The position numbers and the translations under genes are program-made. Shown here piece after piece: positions 15,926-24,877 of a DNA stretch of 32,000 nucleotides. Where the stretch lies: contig JBJLBP010000001.1 of NCBI GenBank assembly GCA_045568075.1, positions 960,001 through 992,000 of the forward strand, written 5' to 3'. How positions within the stretch are numbered: the stretch's first letter is position 1; each line of letters starts with the position of its first letter. The stretch is from Candidatus Thalassarchaeaceae archaeon (GTDB lineage: Archaea; Thermoplasmatota; Poseidoniia; Poseidoniales; Thalassarchaeaceae). The notes under the pieces are model-generated. The model saw nothing but the letters and a program-made list of their open reading frames with translations. It had not been told where the DNA came from and made no database searches.

Positions 15926-16926
15926 GTGACAACTGTGTGATCAGTTCTGAGTGATGGATTGACTCCACTCGCAGTGAATGAGGTTGCTGCGCTTGTCTCC
16001 AGCATTCTTCTCCCAAGCTCTGCTATCATCGTACCGTTGTCTACACAGAATCTCTTCTCGGGCCAAGTTCCAACGCTTCCTCTCTGGTTGCACATGAGGT
16101 TGGTCATTTCCCGAATCCTTTCGTTACAGGCCACACCACCACCCAGTAATAACTCGTTTTTGCCGGTATGTGCGAGGGCTCGTTCGGCTACTTCTATGCA
16201 TGCTGCGAAGGAGTGTTCTTGCAGTGACCAACATACTGCTCCTAATTCATGTCCTTCGTTGATTCGTTGCTGTGCTGCATTTAGGATGCCTGAGAAATTC
16301 AAATCCATGCCCTGAACACTGTATGGTAGCGGTATGTCGTCAACATCTGCATCGGGGTTTTTTGAATGCCATTCCGAAGCGAGAATTTCGATTTTCGGGC
16401 CACCAGGGAATGGGATTCCTTGGTTTCGGGCGAATTTGTCTAGCATATTTCCGATACCGATGTCAAGAGTTTCCCCTAGGACTTGATACCGGTCACCCGC
16501 TCTTGCTATGACCTGTGTATTACCTCCACTGACGTAAAGCAGTACTGGGTCGTCACACCCTGTTTGATTACGTCCAATTTCAATGTGAGCGACACAATGA
16601 TTCACTCCAATTAGAGGTACATTCCATAATTGAGACAAAGCCCTTGCCACGGTTGCTCCAATTCTGAGGCAGGGGCCTAACCCTGGGCCTTGACTGAAGG
16701 CCACACCGTCTATATCCGCAGGTACAAGGTCTTCTGTTTGCATTAGTTGTTCGACTAATTTTGGAGCTGCTGTTGAATGATGATCAGCAGCCTCTCGTGG
16801 ATGGATACCGCCTTCTTTAGGCCGGAAGAGTGCTGAATAGGAGCTACGAGGCTCTCCAGACTTACTGACTAGGCCGAATGAGAGTGTGTGTGCCGTACTC
16901 TCAACACCGATGATGACCCCAGTCAT
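15916..16926 (-). CDS. kae1: tRNA N6-adenosine threonylcarbamoyltransferase Kae1 (KEOPS catalytic subunit), not fused to Bud32
   Basis: 336-aa ORF with IIGVESTAHTLSFGLV, GVNHCVAHIE, LLYVSGGNTQV and LLLGGGVACN, the ASKHA/Kae1 motifs. Confidence 0.9.
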   Translation of the reverse strand: MTGVIIGVESTAHTLSFGLVSKSGEPRSSYSALFRPKEGGIHPREAADHHSTAAPKLVEQLMQTEDLVPADIDGVAFSQGPGLGPCLRIGATVARALSQLWNVPLIGVNHCVAHIEIGRNQTGCDDPVLLYVSGGNTQVIARAGDRYQVLGETLDIGIGNMLDKFARNQGIPFPGGPKIEILASEWHSKNPDADVDDIPLPYSVQGMDLNFSGILNAAQQRINEGHELGAVCWSLQEHSFAACIEVAERALAHTGKNELLLGGGVACNERIREMTNLMCNQRGSVGTWPEKRFCVDNGTMIAELGRRMLETSAATSFTASGVNPSLRTDHTVVTWD

Positions 16927-16976
16927 GGTTGAATGGACGGCAGACTACATATCAAGGGAACCGACGATGGTCAATC

Positions 16977-18251
16977 ATGCGCCTATTGCTGTTGAATGCT
17001 GGCCCCATCGCTACGATGGCTGCTGGTGATCACACAAAACCTCTCGTCGGCGCTGATATGGGGGATCGTGAATCCTTAGTGAGTGAGGCTGGATTAGGCA
17101 TTGTAATTGAGTCTGGGAATATTACAAAAATTGAGGATTCAATATCACTTGAGTCCGAATTCGGCTCTGTAAATATCAATGGTTCTCTCAGAGTAGTTGA
17201 TTGCGCTTCACGAGCGTTAATCCCTGGATTTGTCGACTCACACACTCACTTACTATGGGATGGAGATAGAGCGAACGAAATGGCATTGCGACAATCTGGG
17301 CTTTCCTACACCGAGATCGCCAACAGTGGAGGTGGAATTATGAAAACTGTTGATGCTACTAGAAATGCAGACCTCAATCGATTGATTGAACTTGGTCGTA
17401 AACGGATTGCAAGAGCTGTATCCTTTGGGACCACTTCTATGGAATGCAAGAGTGGCTACGGGCTTTCATTGGATTCCGAATTGAGGTTACTCAAGGCCAT
17501 TGGACAACTTTCAGAAGAGTCGCTAATCGACATCCACCCTACATGGCTAGGTGCTCATGATTTCCCTAAAGGCGTAAAGGCTGAAGATTATCTTGAGGAA
17601 TTGATCAATGAGCAATTACCAGAAGTTGTTGAGCAGGGCATAGCGCGTTGGGCAGATGTATTTTGTGAACCTGGTTGGTATAACCTCGAACAAACCGAGG
17701 AAGTAGTTACTGCAGCAGCCAATTCAGGACTCCCCTCACGCTTGCATGTTGACGAGTTCGTTGACGGAGAGGGATTGGCATTAGCCGCCGAATTGGGTGC
17801 TGTTAGTGGCGATCATGTCGGTTATTCTTCCGATGATGCTCGAGCTGCAGCAAACGAGGCCAAGACAATGCAGACGTTTTTGCCAGGAACGCCATATGTC
17901 CTAGGAAAAGATCTCGATTCCCCAGTGAAGCAGTGTTTGACCAATGAATGGAGATTTTCACTCGCCACTGATTTCAATCCGAATTGTCGAAGTCTCTCAA
18001 TTCCATTCCTCGGTAGCCTAGCGACTCATAGACTCGGATTGTCACCTATTGAAGCACTCGCGGCTGTGACGCGTAATCCAGCGACAACTCTTGCTCAATC
18101 AGAACAAGAAGAGATATCCGGATCAATTCGCACGGGAGGGCGCGCAGATATTTTGATTCTTGATTCAGAACATGTCGATGGCTGGTGTCAGATGCCTGGA
18201 GACAATCCAGTTGCTACTACAATAGCCAACGGCACTATTGTAAAATCGTAA
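16977..18251 (+). CDS. hutI: Imidazolonepropionase HutI
   Basis: ALIPGFVDSHTHLLW, GGGIMKTV, TSMECKSGYGL and VSGDHV are amidohydrolase/HutI motifs. ATG at 16977 preferred over the TTG at 16929. Confidence 0.9.
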   Translation: MRLLLLNAGPIATMAAGDHTKPLVGADMGDRESLVSEAGLGIVIESGNITKIEDSISLESEFGSVNINGSLRVVDCASRALIPGFVDSHTHLLWDGDRANEMALRQSGLSYTEIANSGGGIMKTVDATRNADLNRLIELGRKRIARAVSFGTTSMECKSGYGLSLDSELRLLKAIGQLSEESLIDIHPTWLGAHDFPKGVKAEDYLEELINEQLPEVVEQGIARWADVFCEPGWYNLEQTEEVVTAAANSGLPSRLHVDEFVDGEGLALAAELGAVSGDHVGYSSDDARAAANEAKTMQTFLPGTPYVLGKDLDSPVKQCLTNEWRFSLATDFNPNCRSLSIPFLGSLATHRLGLSPIEALAAVTRNPATTLAQSEQEEISGSIRTGGRADILILDSEHVDGWCQMPGDNPVATTIANGTIVKS

Positions 18252-18285
18252 AAGATAATTTAATAACGGTTTTCAATATATTGTG

Positions 18286-18315
18286 TTTTGAAATAATCAC
18301 TGGAAGATTTCAAAA
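18286..18315. repeat. AT-rich hairpin (9-bp stem TTTTGAAAT / ATTTCAAAA, 12-nt loop) 35 nt after the hutI stop
   Basis: Read directly. Preceded by the 10-bp palindrome CAATATATTG (18274-18283) and short T runs. Possible 3'-end element or protein-binding site. Confidence 0.3.
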
Positions 18316-18387
18316 TATATGCTTACAATTTCCTACACTTCACCTCCTAAGGGCTGCATATCTCTCCAAATATCGATTGCTTGGTTG

Positions 18388-18407
18388 CCGATAACCACAG
18401 TTATCGG
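18388..18407. repeat. Hairpin / inverted repeat CCGATAAC-CACA-GTTATCGG in a non-coding spacer
   Basis: Read directly: a perfect 8-bp stem with a 4-nt loop. No supported ORF covers it. Confidence 0.3.
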
Positions 18408-18530
18408 AAATCAAATCCGGCTAAAATACCAGAATAGCCTCGCAGTGCATCGTTTTTACCAATATTCAATAAAATCATCCTTCACACCTATATTGGACGG
18501 ATTGAAAGTATGGGACAAGGTGAGAGGTGC

Positions 18531-18686
18531 ATGACAGACACCGAGACAGGGTTCTGTATGAGGTGTAAAGCGTCAGTAGTGATAGCTGAACCAGTTCGAT
18601 CTACTATGGCTAATGGTAGGAAAAGAGTATCTGGACTATGTAGCAAGCTAGGTTGTGAAGGTCGAATCTCGAAGATCGTCGGGTGA
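18531..18686 (+). CDS. Small C4 zinc-ribbon protein (resembles the family I recall as DUF5679)
   Basis: 51-aa ORF below the track cutoff, translated by hand: MTDTETGFCMRCKASVVIAEPVRSTMANGRKRVSGLCSKLGCEGRISKIVG. It has a CxxC pair, then NGR, then G-x-C-x4-C-x-G-R-hydrophobic. GGTGAGAGGTG SD-like box directly upstream. Confidence 0.55.
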   Translation: MTDTETGFCMRCKASVVIAEPVRSTMANGRKRVSGLCSKLGCEGRISKIVG

Positions 18687-18744
18687 CCAAGAACTGAATG
18701 GAGAGAATCATTCATTTGGGTGATGTTGGTGGACGGCTTGTTCT

Positions 18745-18820
18745 GGGCTCGTGGTCTAGGGGTTATGACGTCGCCTTGACATGGCGAAGATCGCAGGTTC
18801 AATTCCTGCCGAGCCCACCA
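18745..18820 (+). tRNA. tRNA-Val (anticodon GAC), 3' CCA encoded
   Basis: Folded by hand. Acceptor stem GGGCTCG/CGAGCCC, anticodon stem TCGCC/GGCGA with loop TTGACAT, T-arm GCAGG-TTCAATT-CCTGC, discriminator A, then CCA (18818-18820). Confidence 0.9.
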
Positions 18821-18846
18821 GAATAAACATAACAGCATTTACTATT

Positions 18847-19587
18847 TTACATAGAGTAGTAGAGACGGATCTTTCCAGCTCCCTTCTGTTTGATTCGCGT
18901 AATCTCAATTCCAGGTAATTGTGATAGATTATCGACATGAGATCCAGCACATGGGCAGATATCGATTCCTTCGATATTGACAACTCGCATATGTTCTACA
19001 TGTGTAGGGAGTCGTTCAAGAATACGTGAAACGAACGACCTGTTTCTAACACGATCATCTGAAAGAATCTCTTCAGCAGTCCAATTAGCTACCGATACAC
19101 GCGTATTTGTGCCTAAAATTTCATTTACATTTTCTTGGATAACTTGTTGTTGAAATCTCGATTTATCATCAAAAAGCAAATCGATCCTTGATTCCTCAAC
19201 GCCTAATTGGTTACCTACGGTCGTCGCATCCCACAATTCGTCAGCCATAGCGGAGACAATGTGTTGTGCTGTGTGAGTGATAGCTAGCGAGTTTCTCCGA
19301 TTTGCATCTATGGTACAGACTAACTCTTGCCCTATTTCGAAAATTGATACATCATTAACTGGATGGTGAATTAACTCCCGGGCGTGAACTTCACTGAAAT
19401 TTGCAGTTATTCCTTGACTGGTCAATGTCCCTATATCTCCTGGTTGCCCCCCTCCTTTTGGATAACAGAAACTCTGATCGAGAATGATCGAATCTTCAGT
19501 TATGGATACAACCTTGCTTCTAAATGGTTGAGGATTGATTCCAGGATGATTCTGGAGATGTAATCTCTCCTGCATTAAATCCCTCAT
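18847..19587 (-). CDS. alaX: AlaX-type alanyl-tRNA editing protein (AlaRS second-additional-domain homolog)
   Basis: 246-aa ORF with the HTAQHIVS (HxxxH) and CPCAGSHV (CxxxH) zinc motifs of the Ala/Thr-RS editing domain. Its ATG overlaps the hutH stop (ATGA). Confidence 0.8.
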   Translation of the reverse strand: MRDLMQERLHLQNHPGINPQPFRSKVVSITEDSIILDQSFCYPKGGGQPGDIGTLTSQGITANFSEVHARELIHHPVNDVSIFEIGQELVCTIDANRRNSLAITHTAQHIVSAMADELWDATTVGNQLGVEESRIDLLFDDKSRFQQQVIQENVNEILGTNTRVSVANWTAEEILSDDRVRNRSFVSRILERLPTHVEHMRVVNIEGIDICPCAGSHVDNLSQLPGIEITRIKQKGAGKIRLYYSM

Positions 19588-21110
19588 AAATCGTGGAGCA
19601 AACCGAATCTTAATTCCAATGCGAGACCATCTGACACTTCGGATAGCGATTGGTCATGTTCTAGTGCAGGAATCATTCCATTTATTGTTGAAAATATAGT
19701 ACTGACTCCCGTGCCGGGAGCTTCAGAAATATTACGCAAGCAACCAACAGCCGCAATCAATTCATTTGCGATTACACGAGATAGCATCTCACAGCAAGTC
19801 AGAAGCCGATGACAAGCTGTGGCACCCATCGATACATGATCTTCTTTCTCCATACTGACGGAGATATTTGTCGTAGAGGCGGGATTAGCCAAATGATGCA
19901 ATTCAGCTACACAAGCAGCCGAGACATACTGAACAATCATCAGACCGCTCTCTAGCCCCTCTTCCACGGCAAGGAAAGCCTTCTGGCCACTCCATTGCGG
20001 ATTCATTAAAAGATTCGTTCTGCGCTCAGAGATTGAGCCCAACTCATGGGCGCAAACGGCAAGATTATCTGCGATTATTGCAAGGTTTTCTCCGTGAAAA
20101 TTCCCTCCACTGATAACTTCAGATGCACCATCTTCAGCAATGAAAACCAAAGGATTGTCTGTAGCCGAATTCAATTCAATGTAGAGCGTTTCACGTGCTC
20201 TTTGCAAGGCCTCAATTACAGGACCGTGGACTTGTGCCGCACAACGTAGAGAATAGGCATCTTGAACACGATCACAATCAGCATGTGATCGATTGATATC
20301 TGAGTCGGCGAGTAATGCGGAAATACGCGCAGCACTAATTGACTGACCCATGTGTGGTCGTGCTGCGTGAATTCTAGAATCAAATGCCTTGTGAGACCCT
20401 TTAATCGCCTCAACGGAACAAGCAGTCGCACAGTCAGCCGAAAATACCAGTGTCTCAAGTGTTGATACGGCTTCAGAGAGAAATGTACACATCTGACTGG
20501 TTCCGTTGATCAGAGAAAGGCCTTCCTTTGCTTGTAGAGATACAGGGCTACTCTGTATTCTCCCGAAGGCATCTGAAGCATCAATTAATGTCCAGCCTTC
20601 TTCATCTTCTATCAAGAAATCATTCTCGCCTACAAGTCCCAAAGCTAGATGTGAAAGTGGAGCAAGATCACCCGAAGCACCGAGTGAGCCGATTCTAGGC
20701 ACAGTAGGAGATATGCGTGCATTTACTAATTCAAGCATAGTTTGTACAACTTCTACTCGGATACCAGAATTTCCAACCGCGAGAGAATTTGCTCGAATGA
20801 CCATCATCATGAGAACGTGCTCTGGTGACATCAATTCTCCCACACCACAGGCATGACTGCGTATGAGATTCAGCTGTAGTTTTGCAAGATTTTCAGAGTC
20901 AATTTGTACACTTGACATTGCTCCAAACCCTGTGTTGATGCCATAGACTATTTTATCTGAATCAAGAATATCTTCTACAGCTTTACGGGAAGTCTGCATT
21001 CTTGATATTGCCTCATTAGAGAGGGTGGCAGTAGCCAATCCATCTCGAATCAAAATCAACGATTCAATGGATAATGTGCGCCCATCAATCAGTACCTGGG
21101 AAGCGGCCAT
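19584..21110 (-). CDS. hutH: Histidine ammonia-lyase HutH
   Basis: 508-aa ORF with GSLGASGDLAPLSHLA (the Ala-Ser-Gly MIO-forming triad), YGINTGFG and NGTS motifs. Confidence 0.95.
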   Translation of the reverse strand: MAASQVLIDGRTLSIESLILIRDGLATATLSNEAISRMQTSRKAVEDILDSDKIVYGINTGFGAMSSVQIDSENLAKLQLNLIRSHACGVGELMSPEHVLMMMVIRANSLAVGNSGIRVEVVQTMLELVNARISPTVPRIGSLGASGDLAPLSHLALGLVGENDFLIEDEEGWTLIDASDAFGRIQSSPVSLQAKEGLSLINGTSQMCTFLSEAVSTLETLVFSADCATACSVEAIKGSHKAFDSRIHAARPHMGQSISAARISALLADSDINRSHADCDRVQDAYSLRCAAQVHGPVIEALQRARETLYIELNSATDNPLVFIAEDGASEVISGGNFHGENLAIIADNLAVCAHELGSISERRTNLLMNPQWSGQKAFLAVEEGLESGLMIVQYVSAACVAELHHLANPASTTNISVSMEKEDHVSMGATACHRLLTCCEMLSRVIANELIAAVGCLRNISEAPGTGVSTIFSTINGMIPALEHDQSLSEVSDGLALELRFGLLHDL

Positions 21111-21152
21111 CTAATCACGTCCTGTGTCTGTTGCTATTCAAGGGGTAGGTCG

Positions 21153-23171
21153 TCATAGAAGTTCGTTGAGGATGTCCGAGTCGACAAGATTTGGGACTGT
21201 GACGTCGAGATTATCATCAGCATTCATAGCACGTTGAATTGAGTCTATAGCGCCATGATTTCGTGCCCACGCGCGCCTTGCTATGCCATTATTCACATCC
21301 CAAGAGAGCATTGAGTCGATGTTCTCAGAACTCCTTTTTGACCCGTCTATCAACATACCAAAACCTCCGTTGATGACTTCTCCCCAACCCACACCACCAC
21401 CATTGTGTAGGCTTACCCAAGTTGCTCCTCGAAATGAGTCTCCGACAAAATTCTGAACTGCCATATCGGCAGTAAACATCGATCCATCACGTATATCGGC
21501 TGTTTCCCGATATGGACTATCTGTGCCAGATACATCGTGATGATCTCTACCCAATACGATTGGTGCAGTGATTCTGCCATCTGCGATCGCTTCGTTAAAG
21601 GATTGAGCGATTTTTCGTCGGCCTATTTCATCGGCATAGAGAATCCTAGCTTTACTACCAACGACGAGGTCGTGTTCATTAGCCTGATCAATCCATCTAA
21701 TGTTGTCTAGAATCTGTTGTTTGATATCGTCTGTAGCAGATTCAGACTGTTCCTCAAGAATACTCTTTGCGATAGCATCACTAATCGCTAAATCCTCTGA
21801 TAATCCAGATGTGCAAACCCATCGGAAGGGACCAAATCCATAATCAAAACAAATCGGCCCCATGATGTCTTCAACATATGAGGGATATCTGAATCCGGAT
21901 GGTTTTTCTCCATCATATACATCAGCACCGGATCTTCCACTTTCGAGTAAGAAGGCATTTCCATAGTCCCAGAAATTCATACCCTTAGCACTCAATCGAT
22001 TCACGACATCCGCGTGCTCCCGCAGTGTTCTCTGAACCTCCTTAGTGAACAACGAGGGGTCGGATTTCAACAACTCAAGCGCCTGTCCATGAGTATACCC
22101 AGTAGGAATGTAACCACCAAGCCAAGGGTTGTGCAAGCTTGTTTGATCACTTCCTAAATGCGGAATTAATCCATCTTCGTCCAGTGCATTCAACAAATCC
22201 ACTATATTTCCATTGTAGCCTATAGAAACCGCTTCTCCCGTAGACATGGCTTGCCTAGCCCTTTCTAGTACGGTATCGATATCAGAATACAACTCTGAAA
22301 GCCACCCCTGTTCATGCCTTTTCTTAGCAGCATGGCTATTTGTCTCCGCAATTAGGCAAACCGCTCCAGAAATCACCGCTGCTTTAGCCTGGGCGCCAGA
22401 CATACCACCAAGTCCTGATGTTACAAATAGAATTCCTGCTAAACCATCAGAGTCAGTATGTCCGAGGTATTTCCTCGCGGCGTTTAGAATCGTGATAGTG
22501 GTTCCATGGACTATACCTTGAGGGCCGATATACATGTAGGAACCTGCCGTCATTTGACCATATTGCGATACACCTAGTGCGTTGAATCTCTCGTAATGCA
22601 TTGTGGTAGAATAATTCGGTATCACCATACCATTTGTAATAATGACACGGGGGGCATTTTCATTCGATGGAAATAATCCTAATGGATGTCCCGAATACAT
22701 AGCTAATGTTTGATTTGAATTCATTCTCGAGAGGTATTGCATAGTCAGTAAATATTGGGCCCAATTCTGAAACACAGCACCTGTTCCACCATAAGTGATC
22801 AAATCATATGGATATTGAGCTACTGCTGGGTCGAGGTTATTCTGGATCATTAACATAATTCCTCGTGCTGATTTACAATTACCTGGGTAATCATCGATAT
22901 GTCGCGCGAACATATCGTAAGTCGGGCGAAATCGATGCATCGTGATATGCCCTTCAAGGAGTAATTCATCCATGAATTCAGTAGCAAGTTTCGAATGCCA
23001 TTCAGGAGGAAAATATCGCAAGGCATTCTCAACCGCTAGAAGTTTTTCTTGTTCACGGAGTACATCAGGCCTAACTGGCGCTCTATCGATTGAAGAATCG
23101 AACGAAGGCATCGGTGGAAGTTGCAACGGAATGCCTTGTTTGACTAATGATTGGAATTTTCTAGAATCCAT
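21153..23171 (-). CDS. hutU: Urocanate hydratase HutU, long (~670 aa) form
   Basis: 672-aa ORF with NNLDPAVAQYPYDLITYGGTGAVFQNW, TSGLGGMSGAQAKAA, LGRDHHD and SLHNGGGVGWGE motifs. Confidence 0.95.
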   Translation of the reverse strand: MDSRKFQSLVKQGIPLQLPPMPSFDSSIDRAPVRPDVLREQEKLLAVENALRYFPPEWHSKLATEFMDELLLEGHITMHRFRPTYDMFARHIDDYPGNCKSARGIMLMIQNNLDPAVAQYPYDLITYGGTGAVFQNWAQYLLTMQYLSRMNSNQTLAMYSGHPLGLFPSNENAPRVIITNGMVIPNYSTTMHYERFNALGVSQYGQMTAGSYMYIGPQGIVHGTTITILNAARKYLGHTDSDGLAGILFVTSGLGGMSGAQAKAAVISGAVCLIAETNSHAAKKRHEQGWLSELYSDIDTVLERARQAMSTGEAVSIGYNGNIVDLLNALDEDGLIPHLGSDQTSLHNPWLGGYIPTGYTHGQALELLKSDPSLFTKEVQRTLREHADVVNRLSAKGMNFWDYGNAFLLESGRSGADVYDGEKPSGFRYPSYVEDIMGPICFDYGFGPFRWVCTSGLSEDLAISDAIAKSILEEQSESATDDIKQQILDNIRWIDQANEHDLVVGSKARILYADEIGRRKIAQSFNEAIADGRITAPIVLGRDHHDVSGTDSPYRETADIRDGSMFTADMAVQNFVGDSFRGATWVSLHNGGGVGWGEVINGGFGMLIDGSKRSSENIDSMLSWDVNNGIARRAWARNHGAIDSIQRAMNADDNLDVTVPNLVDSDILNELL

Positions 23172-23186
23172 CTAATCACCCTTGAT

Positions 23187-23798
23187 TCACATTCTGTTTT
23201 CTACGATTTTAATGATTTTTTCATGAGAATTAGTTACACTTTCTAGAATTTGATTGATCTCAGATTCAAAATCGCTCGATGCATCACCTAACGAACCTAG
23301 ATTAATTCTGACATTGAGTGCAGCAGCATTGGTAGCTGCTAGAACCATATATGCTGCTGAGCCAGCATCTGTGATTGCATTTGCATTTCCATCAGATGCT
23401 AGTGGAGATAATGAATCCATTACTTTCAAGCAAAATTTAGCGATATTGAGGGGAGATTTTGCTGCTCCAAAATTCGCTGAACGAATCGCATCTTTTCGCA
23501 AAACAATTTCCTTTTCTTCTCCCTTAGGTAGTCGATAGGCAGCCATCACTGCATCGAATGCATCACAATCTGCTTGGGCCATATCTAATGCATCAGCCGT
23601 CCATGTATGTGATTCAGCAAGAAAAGATTCAGCTGAAGCATGACCAGAAGCCCACTTATCTCGCCCCACTGTTAATGCAGCAACCATTCGAGCGAGTGCT
23701 ATACCATGACTCAAAGCAAGTGCTGCAACAGCACCACCTCCTGGTGTGGGAGATGAAGACTCTATCGAAGCAAGAACTGAATTGTATCCATCGTTCAT
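23187..23798 (-). CDS. Formiminotetrahydrofolate cyclodeaminase (FTCD C-terminal domain homolog)
   Basis: 203-aa all-helical ORF with the SSPTPGGGAVAALALSHGIALARMV motif of the cyclodeaminase/cyclohydrolase family. Its ATG directly abuts the upstream TAA. Confidence 0.8.
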   Translation of the reverse strand: MNDGYNSVLASIESSSPTPGGGAVAALALSHGIALARMVAALTVGRDKWASGHASAESFLAESHTWTADALDMAQADCDAFDAVMAAYRLPKGEEKEIVLRKDAIRSANFGAAKSPLNIAKFCLKVMDSLSPLASDGNANAITDAGSAAYMVLAATNAAALNVRINLGSLGDASSDFESEINQILESVTNSHEKIIKIVENRM

Positions 23799-24839
23799 TT
23801 AATCACCTAATTGGTTAGTAATAGCCCATTCAATAATACGAGTTTGAGGGTCAAATTCGGCTAAGTAATTCAAACCCAGACCTTCTATAGCTGCTTGCAC
23901 AAGATTTTGCTCGTCAGTCTCTGATTCACTTGAGTACCAATTACCCGAATCTAACATGGCTTGAAGGGGGACAAGGCCCACCAATTCACTACCACACAAT
24001 TGCACATCATGATCAGCACAAATTGATTTGACGCATTCAAAGGCCAAATGCATAGGAGTAATGGCATGGTTCTGCAAATTCATCGATACTTGGCAAATAT
24101 TGTGACTAGGCAATGGAACTCCCATACCCTGTACGGCGTCTAACATACCCCGTGCGCGAACCTTCTCTCCGGTTGCACTTTTGATTAGTCGACCACTTGT
24201 TCGAACCAAAGATCCTGCAGCCTTCGAGGCAACTGGAACCGGTTCGTCAACATTGACATTGTAAGCAACTAAAACTGGTCTTACACCGACAGCAACTGCT
24301 CCGAATCTTTCTTCAGAATCTCCCCATTTTCCCGACCATGAATCGGGCATTCTGGTAGTTTCATCATCCCATTGTCCACCAGTGAATCTAGCTTCCAATC
24401 CTTCGTATTGACCACGCCTAAGTTTAGCCAATGAGCTCCTATTTTCACTGGTAGAGACATCTCCATAGAGGAATACAGGGACTTCACCGTTTAATTGGTC
24501 TAAGACGAAATTCGCGGCAAGGAGACAATCCTCTTGTGTATCTGGACTGATTGGAACGAATGGGCAAACATCTACTGCACCCATGCGTGGATGATTTCCA
24601 GAATGCTCGCGCATATCGATAAGATTCGCCGCCATTCGGATTAGAGATAGTGCAGCATTAGCCGTAGGTTTCCATTCACCTGCTAGGGTAATTACAGTGC
24701 GATTGTAATCAGGATCAGGTTCACAACCTAATACAGCAACACCATCAATTGAGGCGGCGGCGGCTACCACTGAATCGATGATTTCTTGATCGACGCCTTC
24801 ACTGATGTTAGGTACGCACTCAATCCAACGTGCAGCCAT
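23799..24839 (-). CDS. Glutamate formimidoyltransferase (FTCD N-terminal domain homolog)
   Basis: MAARWIECVPNISEG is a typical N-terminus, with NRTVITLAG and HPRMGAVDVCPFVP motifs. ATG at 24839 preferred; the track start at 24851 is a GTG. Confidence 0.85.
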   Translation of the reverse strand: MAARWIECVPNISEGVDQEIIDSVVAAAASIDGVAVLGCEPDPDYNRTVITLAGEWKPTANAALSLIRMAANLIDMREHSGNHPRMGAVDVCPFVPISPDTQEDCLLAANFVLDQLNGEVPVFLYGDVSTSENRSSLAKLRRGQYEGLEARFTGGQWDDETTRMPDSWSGKWGDSEERFGAVAVGVRPVLVAYNVNVDEPVPVASKAAGSLVRTSGRLIKSATGEKVRARGMLDAVQGMGVPLPSHNICQVSMNLQNHAITPMHLAFECVKSICADHDVQLCGSELVGLVPLQAMLDSGNWYSSESETDEQNLVQAAIEGLGLNYLAEFDPQTRIIEWAITNQLGD

Positions 24840-24877
24840 CGTATTTTGCACAAGTCAAACGCTGATGAGCGTTACCA

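Noticed and set aside
18185-18534. Plus-strand ORFs (69 and 71 aa) in the AT-rich spacer after hutI
   Set aside because: The first begins inside hutI in another frame. Both have odd composition, no SD box and no recognisable motif. The region is treated as non-coding, and a real small ORF cannot be fully excluded.
18700-18900. Integrated element or attachment site at tRNA-Val
   Set aside because: No integrase, no direct repeat of the tRNA 3' end and no compositional break is visible. The alaX stop follows only 27 nt after the tRNA.
18488-18983. Minus-strand ORFs of 116 and 75 aa crossing the tRNA-Val gene and the zinc-ribbon ORF
   Set aside because: They overlap a well-folding tRNA and a better-supported small ORF on the other strand, and they have no SD box or motif.
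24858-24873. Hairpin AACGCT-GATG-AGCGTT between the PAN stop and the formimidoyltransferase start, considered as a terminator
   Set aside because: It has only a 6-bp stem, and no oligo-T tract follows it on the transcribed (minus) strand, so it cannot be called an archaeal terminator. It could still be an RNA processing element.
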